64,000 bases of DNA. Source: Sporopachydermia quercuum. Taxonomy: Eukaryota. The translations under genes and the position numbers were made by a program. Every line of letters begins with the position of its first letter. The stretch's first letter is position 1. The notes below the pieces were generated by a model. The model had not been told where the DNA came from. It worked only from the letters and a program-made list of their open reading frames with translations, and ran no database searches. Shown here one piece after another: positions 1 to 10,640 of this stretch. The DNA lies in NCBI GenBank assembly GCA_001599295.1, contig BCGN01000009.1, positions 186,001 through 250,000 of the forward strand, read 5' to 3'.

Positions 1-501
1 AAAAGACTTGATTCTGACTCTGAAGACGAATTGGTTCCTACGTCTACATTCAATGTTGTGAATGATACTGTCCAGTCATCAAACCAGCCTATATTAATAC
101 CAGTTAATATCATCAACAGTAAGTCACCACCAGGAAGTAACAGTAGTAAGAATAGAAATACTGGTTCTAGTTCTAAAAGGACTTCACCTTATAGCTATAA
201 ATTCACCCTAGGAACTGAACTAGATGATAGGAGTACTGGCTATGCAGCTAAGGGCATACTGAATTCCCTGAGTGCATCTAAACCAGCAATCACGGGTAGA
301 AATTTAGTAAAGAAGTTCAATTTGAATACCAAATATAATCCAGGATTACACGTGAACAGGAACGGGAACGGAAATGGGAATGATAATGATGTCGCAATCG
401 TACTTGATGATCCACCAGGGCTGATATCAACTCCTGCTAGGAAAAGGTCCAAGAAACAAAGGTCAGTAGGCCATCAGCATTCTCCTATTAATTTAGAGTG
501 A
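1..501 (+). CDS. 3' end of an unidentified gene (low-complexity S/N/K-rich C-terminus), truncated by the window start
   Basis: Frame 1 is open from base 1 (KRLDSDSEDELVPTS...) to TGA at 499-501. There is no ATG in the frame and no recognisable domain. Confidence 0.45.
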   Translation, partial: KRLDSDSEDELVPTSTFNVVNDTVQSSNQPILIPVNIINSKSPPGSNSSKNRNTGSSSKRTSPYSYKFTLGTELDDRSTGYAAKGILNSLSASKPAITGRNLVKKFNLNTKYNPGLHVNRNGNGNGNDNDVAIVLDDPPGLISTPARKRSKKQRSVGHQHSPINLE

Positions 502-1771
502 AGATTGCCGTTGACAAAGGACAGGGAAGAATAATGAACTAGTAAACATTGGCGCTAGGAATTAGAATAAAGTATGTAGTTTCCTCAGCTCTTCCGTACT
601 TCAGTTTCTATATGCCTTTACTGTTATCAAATAGTCAAATAATTACATATCAGCATTATATAGTAAGACTAATGTAGTCGCCAAATGGTTTGTTTGTCAT
701 AGTTGCCATACAGAATGGAATAGTTTAATACTAATAGATGACCGTTTACAATATGGTATACAAATATTAGCAAATAGACTAGTAGAATTACATTAGCTCG
801 CCCTATATTTATTAGTAGGAGTATATGGAGGTAACGATAAACAAAATTACTACACTAAGGATTGAATAACTGAAGCGACATAGTGTATCAAGTTCAAACG
901 ATGCTATCTTCTTTCGCTACTTGTACATTTCTGCTACATAACCAACTATTAGTTGGGAAGTACTATTTGGTTCTATCAGAAAAAAAAGGCTGTTTTCATC
1001 TTTCAATAATAAGCCATTCTTTTGAAGTCTTTGTAGGATTCTCAACAGCATTGCATACAGTCCGTCAACCAAGGCCATGAAACCGAAACTGAAACCGAGA
1101 GGTAGAGCGCAGTTTTTATCGGATAAATTATCATTCTAAGCAGGAGTTTGATGGAACTCTGTGCGCTGCAGAGTTATGCAGATGATAAAACTATTATTTA
1201 CTGGGTTTACTATAGACATATATATATTCCACTGGATAGTAATTAGAATCTATTACATACTACATGGAGGAAATAAAACAGTATGATAATTCAGAGAGTA
1301 AGCAGTAAATGTAGTGATATTGATATTGGCATCTGAAGACCCTTCTAGAACGTCTGTTTATCAGAGATGGATAATAGAAAGGGAGTATAAAAAGTAGTAA
1401 GTAAGATAGAGTAGTACAATCTATGGGAGTATTAGTTAATTCTAGCTATCACAATAGTATCAAACACCAACTGGAGTTCTAGTCAGTGGAAAAAGTTACT
1501 CCAATATTACTATATTTCCGATTTTTTGCTTTACTCCTCTACTTCCCTTTTCCTTATTTCTTTCCTAGTTTCAATATATCGATCGTAGTTGATTGATTAT
1601 ACTAATAACTCTTAATGTCATCATATCTTCTAGTGAGTTTGACATACATTTTCTAGTTGACTACTTCCACATTATCCATAATTCCATTACTATATCAACA
1701 ATAAAATATCCTCATTTCGTCTTTCAAAAGGCTGCCGCTGCCAAGTTCTTCTCCTGTCATCCGTCTTCCTT

Positions 1772-2059
1772 TCATGCTTTGGCATCTGGCACTTCATCAG
1801 TACCAAAGTAATAGTGAATCACATCTAGCACTTTATTGAAATACCGCAGTGATAAAACAACAACTATCAAGTAAATAATAATAAAACTATCGATTCTCTT
1901 GCTCTGACTTTCTGTTAGATTCAATCCGTCCTTATTCTCTGTATCTTTATCTTTTTCTGCTTTTGATGTATCTACTTCGACCGTAGCAGCAGGGCCAGCA
2001 GAGGTTTCTGGAGAACCAGCTGACTCTGACTTAGCGGTTGATCTATTTTTTATGGCCAT
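1772..2059 (-). CDS. Small hypothetical membrane protein (95 aa, one C-terminal hydrophobic segment)
   Basis: ATG-initiated ORF with a hydrophilic N-terminus followed by FIIIYLIVVVLSL. No family recognised. Confidence 0.5.
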   Translation of the reverse strand: MAIKNRSTAKSESAGSPETSAGPAATVEVDTSKAEKDKDTENKDGLNLTESQSKRIDSFIIIYLIVVVLSLRYFNKVLDVIHYYFGTDEVPDAKA

Positions 2060-3362
2060 CTGGAAAATATGTTGATGAATATTCTATGCTGATGCTTATT
2101 AGAAAAAAATTCTAGGTTTAACGAACAATTGCAGCAAAGAGCATTCAGTGGATGGCTGATGTACGGTATGTTACTGATAGAAATGTTTAGTTCCCTACGC
2201 AGTGTTCGCTGTGAGTAACTCATGAGAATCAAACAAATAGCAGAAGTGTGCTTTCTTCTGTAACGAAAGTATATGCAAGATTGATGTATAAGTGGCTTTA
2301 AGCTAGTTAAAGTTGAAACTTAATGGATAAGAAGCATGAGCTTTCGATAGCTTGTATAAGCCAATTAGAAAGGATTTGTAATAGATATATACAGGACTGT
2401 AGGTATAGCATGATTGGAATTTTACGGAGATAACAGCTGGAACTATCTTTCGCTGTAGAAGAGCTAATACACTTTTTGGAAGACTAGATCATCTAGTTAG
2501 GAGACATAATCTTCCAGTGTCCTCAATTGCGGAGTTACATACAAGGTTCATCATTACTGAAATATTCTGAACTTTGATCTCTTATCTTTAAACTTTATTA
2601 CTATGAGAGATCTAATCATCAAACTGTCATCAAAGATGGCATCACTATGTTGGAAAAGAATAGAATAGTAAACATGGTAAGATAGATAATCAATAGCGAA
2701 AATAGCAGTCACTAGTAGGAATAATATATTGGTCTTTGTTGCTTATTTCTACTGTCCGAGTTACACTTAGTTGTATACGGCCATGAAATTTGAAGAACTA
2801 AGCCCAATTATACCCTATCAATTAAGAATGAGAGAGCAAATCCAACGATGTTTGAATGAATAACCGGAGCTGCAAATCCAACTAACAATCGCCAGTTTAG
2901 TTTCAATTGATATTGTCATTACATGCAATAATATCATTCCATGATAGTGTGTACGTTCAGTAGCAAACTAAAATCAACCAAACCTACAATTACATCCTCC
3001 ATATAAATCAATAATTCTTCATATCAGCTATAAAACTCGACAGTATAGAATGGTGGAAATATCGATGTAACACACATATAAACACACATGAGTTTCATTG
3101 ATCTCACATTCTCCAATAAAACTTGATTTTACAAAAACAGTCCAGAAGCACCAGCACCAGAAGTTCTTGAAAAACTAAACAATTGAACAAAAAAAATAGA
3201 AAAAAAAATAATATAACGTTCAAAAGACAGTAGTACGCCATAAACAAAAGTAAAAAGTTCCACCCAGGTATTATACCAATAAAAAGAAACACAAGAAAAT
3301 CTCATCTAAAAAGACCACACACATTGCTCAGAAGTAGACTGGNCTTATCCATTGAAACGGAT

Positions 3363-4298
3363 TTACAATCCCACTACACTAAAGGTAGTAAAGTTCTCAT
3401 TCATGTACTTCAGTAATGCTTCACCTTCTTCCTTGGTCAAGTCATGGACTTTGACACTGATTCCATGGGCATTAGCAACCACAAATTCCAGCTTTTCNTT
3501 TGGGATCGAATTGAAGATACCATCAATAATACTTTTGACGTGGTCAGAGTAATCTCCATGTTGGTCAACGAATTCTTTTATTTCTTTCATTCCCCATTTG
3601 ATGTAGTCAGCAATTGTAACAGGCTTCTCTTCATCGGGTTTGACGACTTCAACTTCTGCAGTGTCAGTATTTTCCTTATGTTCAGTTTCTTCAACTTCTT
3701 CAGTCTTTACCTTGTCCTTATCTTCAGCGACTTCAGCGACTTCTTCAGTCACATCATTCGTGCCAACAGGAATAACATCAATGATTTGAATTTGAACATC
3801 ATCGATGTTATCTAATCCAAAAGCATCATCCATAAGCAAATCTCTGAAAGCTTCGAGTGCTTTTCTTTCTTCTTCAGTCATTTCATATCCTTCAACAACT
3901 GGATGTGATTCAGGAAGGGCATGGTGGAAAATTTCAACATCCTTTCCATGATGGAACTCTTCTCCGTTCATGTTATGGCCATGATGGGCTTGGTACATCT
4001 TATGTTTTTTTGCACCTTTACAACCGGAACGTCTCATACCATGTTTGGCATGCATACCATAAAATGAAACGGTGTGCAAGACGAATTGGGTGAGTGTGAA
4101 AAGTAAAAACATGACCATTAAAACACGGAAAGCTTTTCTGAACTTTGACTTCTTTTTAAGTTTTAAAGATTCTTCATCATGTCCTTCGAGAAGGGGCTCG
4201 TTGGCATCGACAGCTTCTGATTCTTCTTCATAAGCTGGTAAGCTGCTCAACTCTGCCTTCTCCTCATAGACAGGTAAATTGTCTTTAGTTTCGGTCAT
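3363..4298 (-). CDS. Uncharacterised single-pass membrane protein with N-terminal LPxY motifs
   Basis: 311-aa ORF with good start context (CCAAAATG), yeast-like codon bias and one TM segment (VLMVMFLLFTLTQFVLHTVSFY) after a basic stretch. Confidence 0.8.
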   Translation of the reverse strand: MTETKDNLPVYEEKAELSSLPAYEEESEAVDANEPLLEGHDEESLKLKKKSKFRKAFRVLMVMFLLFTLTQFVLHTVSFYGMHAKHGMRRSGCKGAKKHKMYQAHHGHNMNGEEFHHGKDVEIFHHALPESHPVVEGYEMTEEERKALEAFRDLLMDDAFGLDNIDDVQIQIIDVIPVGTNDVTEEVAEVAEDKDKVKTEEVEETEHKENTDTAEVEVVKPDEEKPVTIADYIKWGMKEIKEFVDQHGDYSDHVKSIIDGIFNSIPXEKLEFVVANAHGISVKVHDLTKEEGEALLKYMNENFTTFSVVGL

Positions 4299-4945
4299 TT
4301 TGGAAATTTATTTATTCCTATTGATAACACACGTTAGTATGAATTTGATCAAAACTCCAAATAAAGAGAACTTTGAAAAGATGTATAACTTGTTTGAATA
4401 TGTTCCATAAACCTGTAGAGATTCAGATCGTCAAAAAAATTGCTAATAACGAGATCCATATCTCTTGAGTCATATANCATATGTACACAAGACAAATAAA
4501 ACATAACACCCAATACTAACCCTTTATTTCTTTAGAGATAATTTATCACTTTATTATTAATAGTTTCACACGTATAGTTCTTTAATCTATGATAATTAAC
4601 ATATCTTTTATTCAGCTTCTTTCTCTTTTGCTGTATATAACGAAAACAATAGGGAGGGAAAAAGTGAGCATTTCCTTTTATATTAAATGCCTCATTAGAA
4701 ATAACAAATTAATCTGTCCTTAACAGATACGTAGGCACAGTATGAAACAGTTTTTGTAACATGATACTGATCAGAAGTGGCAACCTGTGGCGTAGCTGTA
4801 AAGTTTCTCGCAGTTTCTTAGAAAGTGTCCGGAAAACTACTTTTAATCTTAAAAGAATTACTCGATTCGGGAACTCCTCAAATGAGTAATTGTATAATGT
4901 ACAAACAGAGGTATAGTTAGTAAACTTTCAAGTAGTTGCAACAGG

Positions 4946-5033
4946 TCCTCTGTAGCTCAGTTGGTAGAGCGTTCGGCTTTTAAGACATCAGAAGTCGACC
5001 GAAATGTCCAGGGTTCGAGCCCCTGCAGAGGAG
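4946..5033 (+). tRNA. tRNA-Lys(UUU) with a 15-nt intron (4983-4997)
   Basis: Acceptor stem TCCTCTG/CAGAGGA, A box TAGCTCAGTTGG, anticodon arm TTCGG-CT-TTT-A[intron]A-CCGAA, B box GGTTCGAGCCC, and a T-tract terminator at 5041-5049. Confidence 0.96.
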
Positions 5034-5243
5034 GATTAAATTTTTTTTTTCTTTCATTATTTAATAATATTTCTAGTGTGTAGATTCATATATCTAAAAT
5101 GAAATCATAGTTTATTTTTGCTTCTTATCATCGAGCGTATTAGTAAACAGAAGGAAATATACAAGGGAAAAGAGAATAGTGGATAGTTAATTGCTAGTAA
5201 TGTATGAGTATCTATGTATGATTGAAGTGAACATAGAGCCAGT

Positions 5244-5267
5244 AGACAGACAGATAGATAGATAGAT
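5244..5267. repeat. Short tetranucleotide microsatellite (AGAC)2(AGAT)4
   Basis: Read directly from the sequence downstream of SSM4. Confidence 0.6.
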
Positions 5268-5423
5268 TGTATGATTTCATCGCTAATTTACTATAGATCA
5301 AGAATCATTTACCATCAACTCTACGAGTTTCACCTCTAGTAGCGACACTCCAATATAATATGACCATTTGATCTCTTGAAACCATGAGAAACATTTCTAT
5401 AGGAAGGGACTATTAAGTATACT

Positions 5424-8400
5424 CTACAACAAAAGTACTTCATCATCGTCTTCTTCTTCTTGATCCTCTTTCCTTAAAACAACACCATCAACATCACCAT
5501 CACCATTACCATCAATAATTTCATTCTCATTTTCATATCCGTTTTCACGACCAGCCCAAACTTGTTCTCTATTATTTCCGTTTACATCCAGCTCTCCTCC
5601 ACCTTCACCTTCACTTTCATCTTTATCTTTATCTTCGTCTTCATCTTCGTTTTCTTCTTCACTATCGTCAGCATTAACCAATACCTCTCCAATCCTATAG
5701 TATCGATCACGAACCATACCATCAAACTCAATAACCTTCTTCTGTATCCATTGAAACAATTGATACGCATGGGATACAACTCCAAACACAGGATATATGA
5801 AAACTCCGATCAATCTTCTAGTTTCATCAAACGTCTTCTCATCAGAGAATATCAACTGCTCACATACATTATATCCAATGATCTGAATACTATCACCGGG
5901 ATTCCCGCTATTGCATCTATCATACCACTGACTCATTAAATAGAAAATGCCTCTCAAACTGATATCAGGAAGAATCAAACAGAACAAACAGAATTTGAAC
6001 CTCGGAACGAAATATTGAGTGAACATCTTCTTACTCCTATAGTTCACATTGTTATTATTGTTGTTGCCCTGTCGATTCTGCCCTACAAAGATTTCCGTCA
6101 TATTCATTTCCGATATCATTATAACTGTTTCAATGAACCTTGTAAGTCCGCTGTCTTCAAAATATCCTAGATACTCAACAANCCGAGTCGATGTGAAAAA
6201 ACTGATAGCACCAACACTTTTACCACCACCAGAAGCATCACCATTATCAGACGAACTTCTATTAGGATACCATTCAGATAGCTTTTCAGGAGCCCTGGCC
6301 CCAGAAAACAGAACACTGAAAGGCTTATACATAACGACATCTCTTGTTATATATGCCATTGTAGAAGCAGTGAAGAAAACAATTGCCAGAACAATGAAAT
6401 CTCCCCCTTGGAGTAAATACCGTTTGGTGGAATCTGTCTTAATATACGTGAACCATACCCATTTCAACAACATAGTGAGCCTATGAACAAAACTGGTAGT
6501 ATTAATGGGCTTATCATTGTCAGCAGCATCAGCATCGACAGCAGCGTTATCTTCATCATTCTCATTAGCATTACCAACATCAGCAGCTTCAACAGTACCG
6601 TTATTGATATCGATATCATATCTGTCAAACAGCTTGGTGAAGAACTTATTCACTACAGAAATAGAACCAAAAAGCGCCTTCAGAATGTAATAAACGGGGA
6701 TAACTCCAATAGTGAATATCTCAACATCATTAAGCCCCAAAACATCTCCTACTACTAATTGGCCTATTTTCAAGCTCAGCAATACGCTGGGAGCAATTAT
6801 CAACAGGCTGAAAAACCAGATAAGCAGCAAAACACTCAACACCCGTCTCCAGAAATGCGGTGGCCTGTAAACAACAACATAATCGTTTTTCATACTGAAT
6901 TCAAAGTATTCTCTTTCTTCATATGGCAACAAATGCGCAATCTCANGATCGAAGTCGCCGTGGGCATTCTTACTATGATCAACAAAGAATATATCACTTT
7001 CTTTACCTATTTGCTCGTTCAGTTTCAATCCTTTCTTGTCCACAGCAGGCTTCTTCTGTCTAAACCTCAACCGGAGGAAGTTTTTCTTGAAAATAGCTTT
7101 CTTCAGTCGGCTTCTCCGTGATTTTGACTCGTTTTCCTCTACTCTCAGAACAACATTTTCAAACGTCACTTTATAGAACCTTTTCGATTCGTGATCCAAC
7201 GGTATATTATCTCTTCCTGGTGCTCTGACAAAGCAGCCATCGCGAACAAAAGCCTTGCCATAGCTATCAAGCACTTTTTCAGCTTCCTCGGCATTGTTTG
7301 CTATTAAATAAGCAGTGTCTTCTCGCACAGGCCCAAGGAACCACTTCACAGGCAGAACCTTAGCCAATACATTTAAAACGGGGTTCCTGAACTTATACTC
7401 GCCTAGTTCTTTCTCAGTGTTCTCACCAAGCAGGAAGGAGCTCATTCTAGTGATGGAGCATATAAACTGGAACACAACATGCCAGTAGACTCTGAAAATG
7501 CTACTGAAATCGAAATAGAACAAAACACCGGCCAAAAATCCCAAGGATATGAATTTAGGATCGCCATTGAGGATATTCAATGGTAGAATATCGGGCATCA
7601 GGTAACGGGCTCCCCAGAAGGAACAGCCCAGCACTCCCAGCACCAAAACAACGTAGAACCCGCCAGAAACAAGTATTCTATAAGCAAACGATGCCAACGA
7701 CTGAGTCAACGCTTCATGAACAAACGAGGCCTCCATATCATCAGCATTGGTTCTAATGAAGTAGAACGTACCGCTTCTGCAGATCTCCCGACACAGGGAT
7801 ATGAAATACGAGAAAAATACATGATAGAGCAAGCCCAAGCTCCATAATAAAATGACATACCCGGGCCCAGGAGCTTCTTCCAGTAGGTACCATAATTGGA
7901 ACCTGGGACCAAATAAAGGAGATAAGAAGGCGAAATCAAGCATTACGCCAAAGAAAATGGGGAACAGGACCCGTTCAACTAGTACACGTATTGAGAGCTT
8001 GACAGAGCAGCAAATGACATAATACAGCTTTACTTTTGCCAGTAGAGCCAGTTCCAGCTTGGAGCTGTTGTTGATTTTATAGGTAGCATAAGCACAGTAA
8101 ACTCCAAGCGTTGTAACAGCACCAGTGACCGCAATAAGGAAAAGATCAAGTATGTTGTGGTTTGAATGGTACCCTTCTGCAGGTAGTTTGCTGCTGAAGC
8201 TTGAGAATAGAAATCTCCACCAGAACATGTATACCGTGTGAATACTTGCTACCTCAGTAGCCGTAGCAGCAGCCGTAGTAGTAGCAGCAACAGTGCTGTT
8301 GTTGATCGTTAGAAACCTAGCTAATCGGCTGTTTATAACTAAACCACCTTCTGCGAAGGCTTTGGGAAGTAGATATTTGCAGGTGGACAGCAGTCCTGTA

Positions 8401-10640
8401 CTAAGAACATATATATACCGTTTGATGTTGATCAGCGCACAGCCAATCAAGACCGAGCAGATTTTGCCAACCAGCAGCCAAACCGAGCCAATAATAGCAA
8501 ATATCGTCAAAATAACCGTCACCAGCAATGCGCTCAGCACCAGAGGTTTCAGCTGAAGCTTATCAATGTTTTCTATGGCGTTTAAGAGGTTCTGGGGGAA
8601 TCCATTCACGTTTTCCTCAGGGTTGATATCTGCATCAGCGTTTTCGTTAATGGGAATGTCAACACGAGCTCCAAGAGCTTCTACAGCAGCAGCAGCCACA
8701 GCCGCAGGAGGTGGATCATTGAATTGAATGTTGAAAGGCAGTTCTAAGCCAGGGTCGGGACCAACAGGGTCAGGTTCCGGCACGGCATCATCCTCCTCCC
8801 GAGCGTCCGCTTCTCTGTGATGATCAGGCATTTGAAATGGTCGTCCTAGAGGATTGAAGACATCTTCAAATGCTCCTGCTTCATTGCCATTGCCATTGCC
8901 ATTGTCATTGCCGTTATAATCATTGTCATTACCATCGTCATTATTGTCGTAATCATCTTCATAATCGTCGTTATCGTTATCATCGTCAGAATCATTGTTG
9001 TTTCTGGCGTCATTCACAAGCTCCCTATTGCTAGGAAGTAACCCTAACTCCACAGCAGCAGCAGACGCTGTGATATTGTCGTTGAACAGATCATCTATCA
9101 ATCTTTTAACTGTGGGATCGCGATAGTAAGCAGAATCATCATTGCTATGGTCGTTCTCATCTTTGACATCGAAATCATTGTTATCATAGTCAATATTGTT
9201 ATTAGTATTGTTGATGTTGCTATTATCATAGTTGTTGACATTACTGTCACTATCAGCATCATCATCACCCACACTTCCATTGGCTCCTCTAAAATTACCA
9301 CTGCTTCCGATAGCATTCGCAACATCAGACGCTAACCTGTCATTTATATTTGCATCTTCATTTGCATCTTCAGCTTGCATTGACTCTTCCTTATGCGGTC
9401 TTCTAGGATTTTTCATAATGGAATCTGTTAAATCATCCAGATACTGCAGTCCCTCCGTTAATGACATATCATCAGGCCAATTGCCATTGGCTCTTAGAGC
9501 GGCATTATTAGTATTATCATTGCCTCCGTCAGGATCACCAAACCTACGCCTACCAAAGAACGGCCGGCCATAGTCGTCAATATCATTATCATTATTATCA
9601 TCAGTTTTGAATTGACGCTTGAGATCATAATCATAATCATAACGGCTGTTCCTACGGGCGTACCAATCATTGGTTTGAGTGCCATTGCCGGCTCTATCAG
9701 CAGTGCTAATGGAGTCATCATCTGACACCTTGGAACGGCTCTTACCTTTCCGCTGACTTCTCTTCTTCTCCGCTTCTATTCTACTCCTTGTTTTCCTTGC
9801 AAGCTTCTCAACATGCATTGTAGTTATTTTCCCAAAATATTCCTTTAGACCATTCTGGAAAGCTTCATCAGATATCATAACTTCGTATAGTAAGACAAAT
9901 GATAATATAGCAATAAACGTTAGAAATATAAACGTTAGGCCCATGGAATAGTCTTTCATCAACTCTTGAAAAGCATCCATTCTATAAACCTCAGCAGAGA
10001 ACTTATCGATTTCTGTTAATTCAAACGTTTTGATAGAAGTTATATTTTGATACAACTGGCCAATTGTATAGAAGCTCGATAGCCTATAGTATTTGGGGAT
10101 CGAGATCGTTGCATTGCTTAACGCTCCAACGATAGCATTCGAAGCGTTGCCATTGCCAGTGATGAACGGATCAGCAACAAAGGCTTCGTCAAAAGAATTG
10201 AGGGCGATTTTCCATAATGATCCAGCAGTAAATGGCACCTGGATTATAAGCAGAGATATCAGTAAAACCACGTTAAACACAACTATCAGCAGTTTCTTTA
10301 CTCTTTCAATAAGCTCTGTGAACAGTGTTGCCAATGGCAGAGAACTTGGCATGTTCTGATCGTATAGTTTGGTGAAATTATATGGTTTGTTGCAAATGTC
10401 GCATTTTGGATCATTGATTTTCCCGCTAGATTTTAGCCATTCCAGCAGGCAATCTTCATGAATGTATTTTATGCTACCACGGCATTTACAGGGATGGTAT
10501 AATGGTTCATCATCAGTGCCTTCGCATCTACAGAACCTGCAAACCGCAGATTCTGGTATTCTTTTTTCGTTGTTGTGGCTTGTAGAATGAGTATTGTTTT
10601 CTGATAATAGATCCGTCATTTCAGTGTTGTCATGCTCCAT
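5424..10640 (-). CDS. SSM4: ER/nuclear envelope RING-CH E3 ubiquitin ligase Doa10/Ssm4
   Basis: N-terminal RING-CH (CRFCRCEGTDDEPLYHPCKCRGSIKYIHEDCLLEWL...CDIC), many TM segments and TD-like motifs (ERVLFPIFFGVMLD, RSGTFYFIR, RMSSFLLG, FVRAP, VVYRPPHF). The first ATG is at 10640; the track start at 10751 is TTG. Confidence 0.93.
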   Translation of the reverse strand: MEHDNTEMTDLLSENNTHSTSHNNEKRIPESAVCRFCRCEGTDDEPLYHPCKCRGSIKYIHEDCLLEWLKSSGKINDPKCDICNKPYNFTKLYDQNMPSSLPLATLFTELIERVKKLLIVVFNVVLLISLLIIQVPFTAGSLWKIALNSFDEAFVADPFITGNGNASNAIVGALSNATISIPKYYRLSSFYTIGQLYQNITSIKTFELTEIDKFSAEVYRMDAFQELMKDYSMGLTFIFLTFIAILSFVLLYEVMISDEAFQNGLKEYFGKITTMHVEKLARKTRSRIEAEKKRSQRKGKSRSKVSDDDSISTADRAGNGTQTNDWYARRNSRYDYDYDLKRQFKTDDNNDNDIDDYGRPFFGRRRFGDPDGGNDNTNNAALRANGNWPDDMSLTEGLQYLDDLTDSIMKNPRRPHKEESMQAEDANEDANINDRLASDVANAIGSSGNFRGANGSVGDDDADSDSNVNNYDNSNINNTNNNIDYDNNDFDVKDENDHSNDDSAYYRDPTVKRLIDDLFNDNITASAAAVELGLLPSNRELVNDARNNNDSDDDNDNDDYEDDYDNNDDGNDNDYNGNDNGNGNGNEAGAFEDVFNPLGRPFQMPDHHREADAREEDDAVPEPDPVGPDPGLELPFNIQFNDPPPAAVAAAAVEALGARVDIPINENADADINPEENVNGFPQNLLNAIENIDKLQLKPLVLSALLVTVILTIFAIIGSVWLLVGKICSVLIGCALINIKRYIYVLSTGLLSTCKYLLPKAFAEGGLVINSRLARFLTINNSTVAATTTAAATATEVASIHTVYMFWWRFLFSSFSSKLPAEGYHSNHNILDLFLIAVTGAVTTLGVYCAYATYKINNSSKLELALLAKVKLYYVICCSVKLSIRVLVERVLFPIFFGVMLDFAFLSPLFGPRFQLWYLLEEAPGPGYVILLWSLGLLYHVFFSYFISLCREICRSGTFYFIRTNADDMEASFVHEALTQSLASFAYRILVSGGFYVVLVLGVLGCSFWGARYLMPDILPLNILNGDPKFISLGFLAGVLFYFDFSSIFRVYWHVVFQFICSITRMSSFLLGENTEKELGEYKFRNPVLNVLAKVLPVKWFLGPVREDTAYLIANNAEEAEKVLDSYGKAFVRDGCFVRAPGRDNIPLDHESKRFYKVTFENVVLRVEENESKSRRSRLKKAIFKKNFLRLRFRQKKPAVDKKGLKLNEQIGKESDIFFVDHSKNAHGDFDXEIAHLLPYEEREYFEFSMKNDYVVVYRPPHFWRRVLSVLLLIWFFSLLIIAPSVLLSLKIGQLVVGDVLGLNDVEIFTIGVIPVYYILKALFGSISVVNKFFTKLFDRYDIDINNGTVEAADVGNANENDEDNAAVDADAADNDKPINTTSFVHRLTMLLKWVWFTYIKTDSTKRYLLQGGDFIVLAIVFFTASTMAYITRDVVMYKPFSVLFSGARAPEKLSEWYPNRSSSDNGDASGGGKSVGAISFFTSTRXVEYLGYFEDSGLTRFIETVIMISEMNMTEIFVGQNRQGNNNNNNVNYRSKKMFTQYFVPRFKFCLFCLILPDISLRGIFYLMSQWYDRCNSGNPGDSIQIIGYNVCEQLIFSDEKTFDETRRLIGVFIYPVFGVVSHAYQLFQWIQKKVIEFDGMVRDRYYRIGEVLVNADDSEEENEDEDEDKDKDESEGEGGGELDVNGNNREQVWAGRENGYENENEIIDGNGDGDVDGVVLRKEDQEEEDDDEVLLL

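Noticed and set aside
5562..10359. Many antisense and off-frame ORFs within SSM4 (likewise in PSY2, RAD50 and the hydrolase gene)
   Set aside because: They are shadows of long low-complexity coding sequence, mostly with TTG/GTG starts and no recognisable domains.
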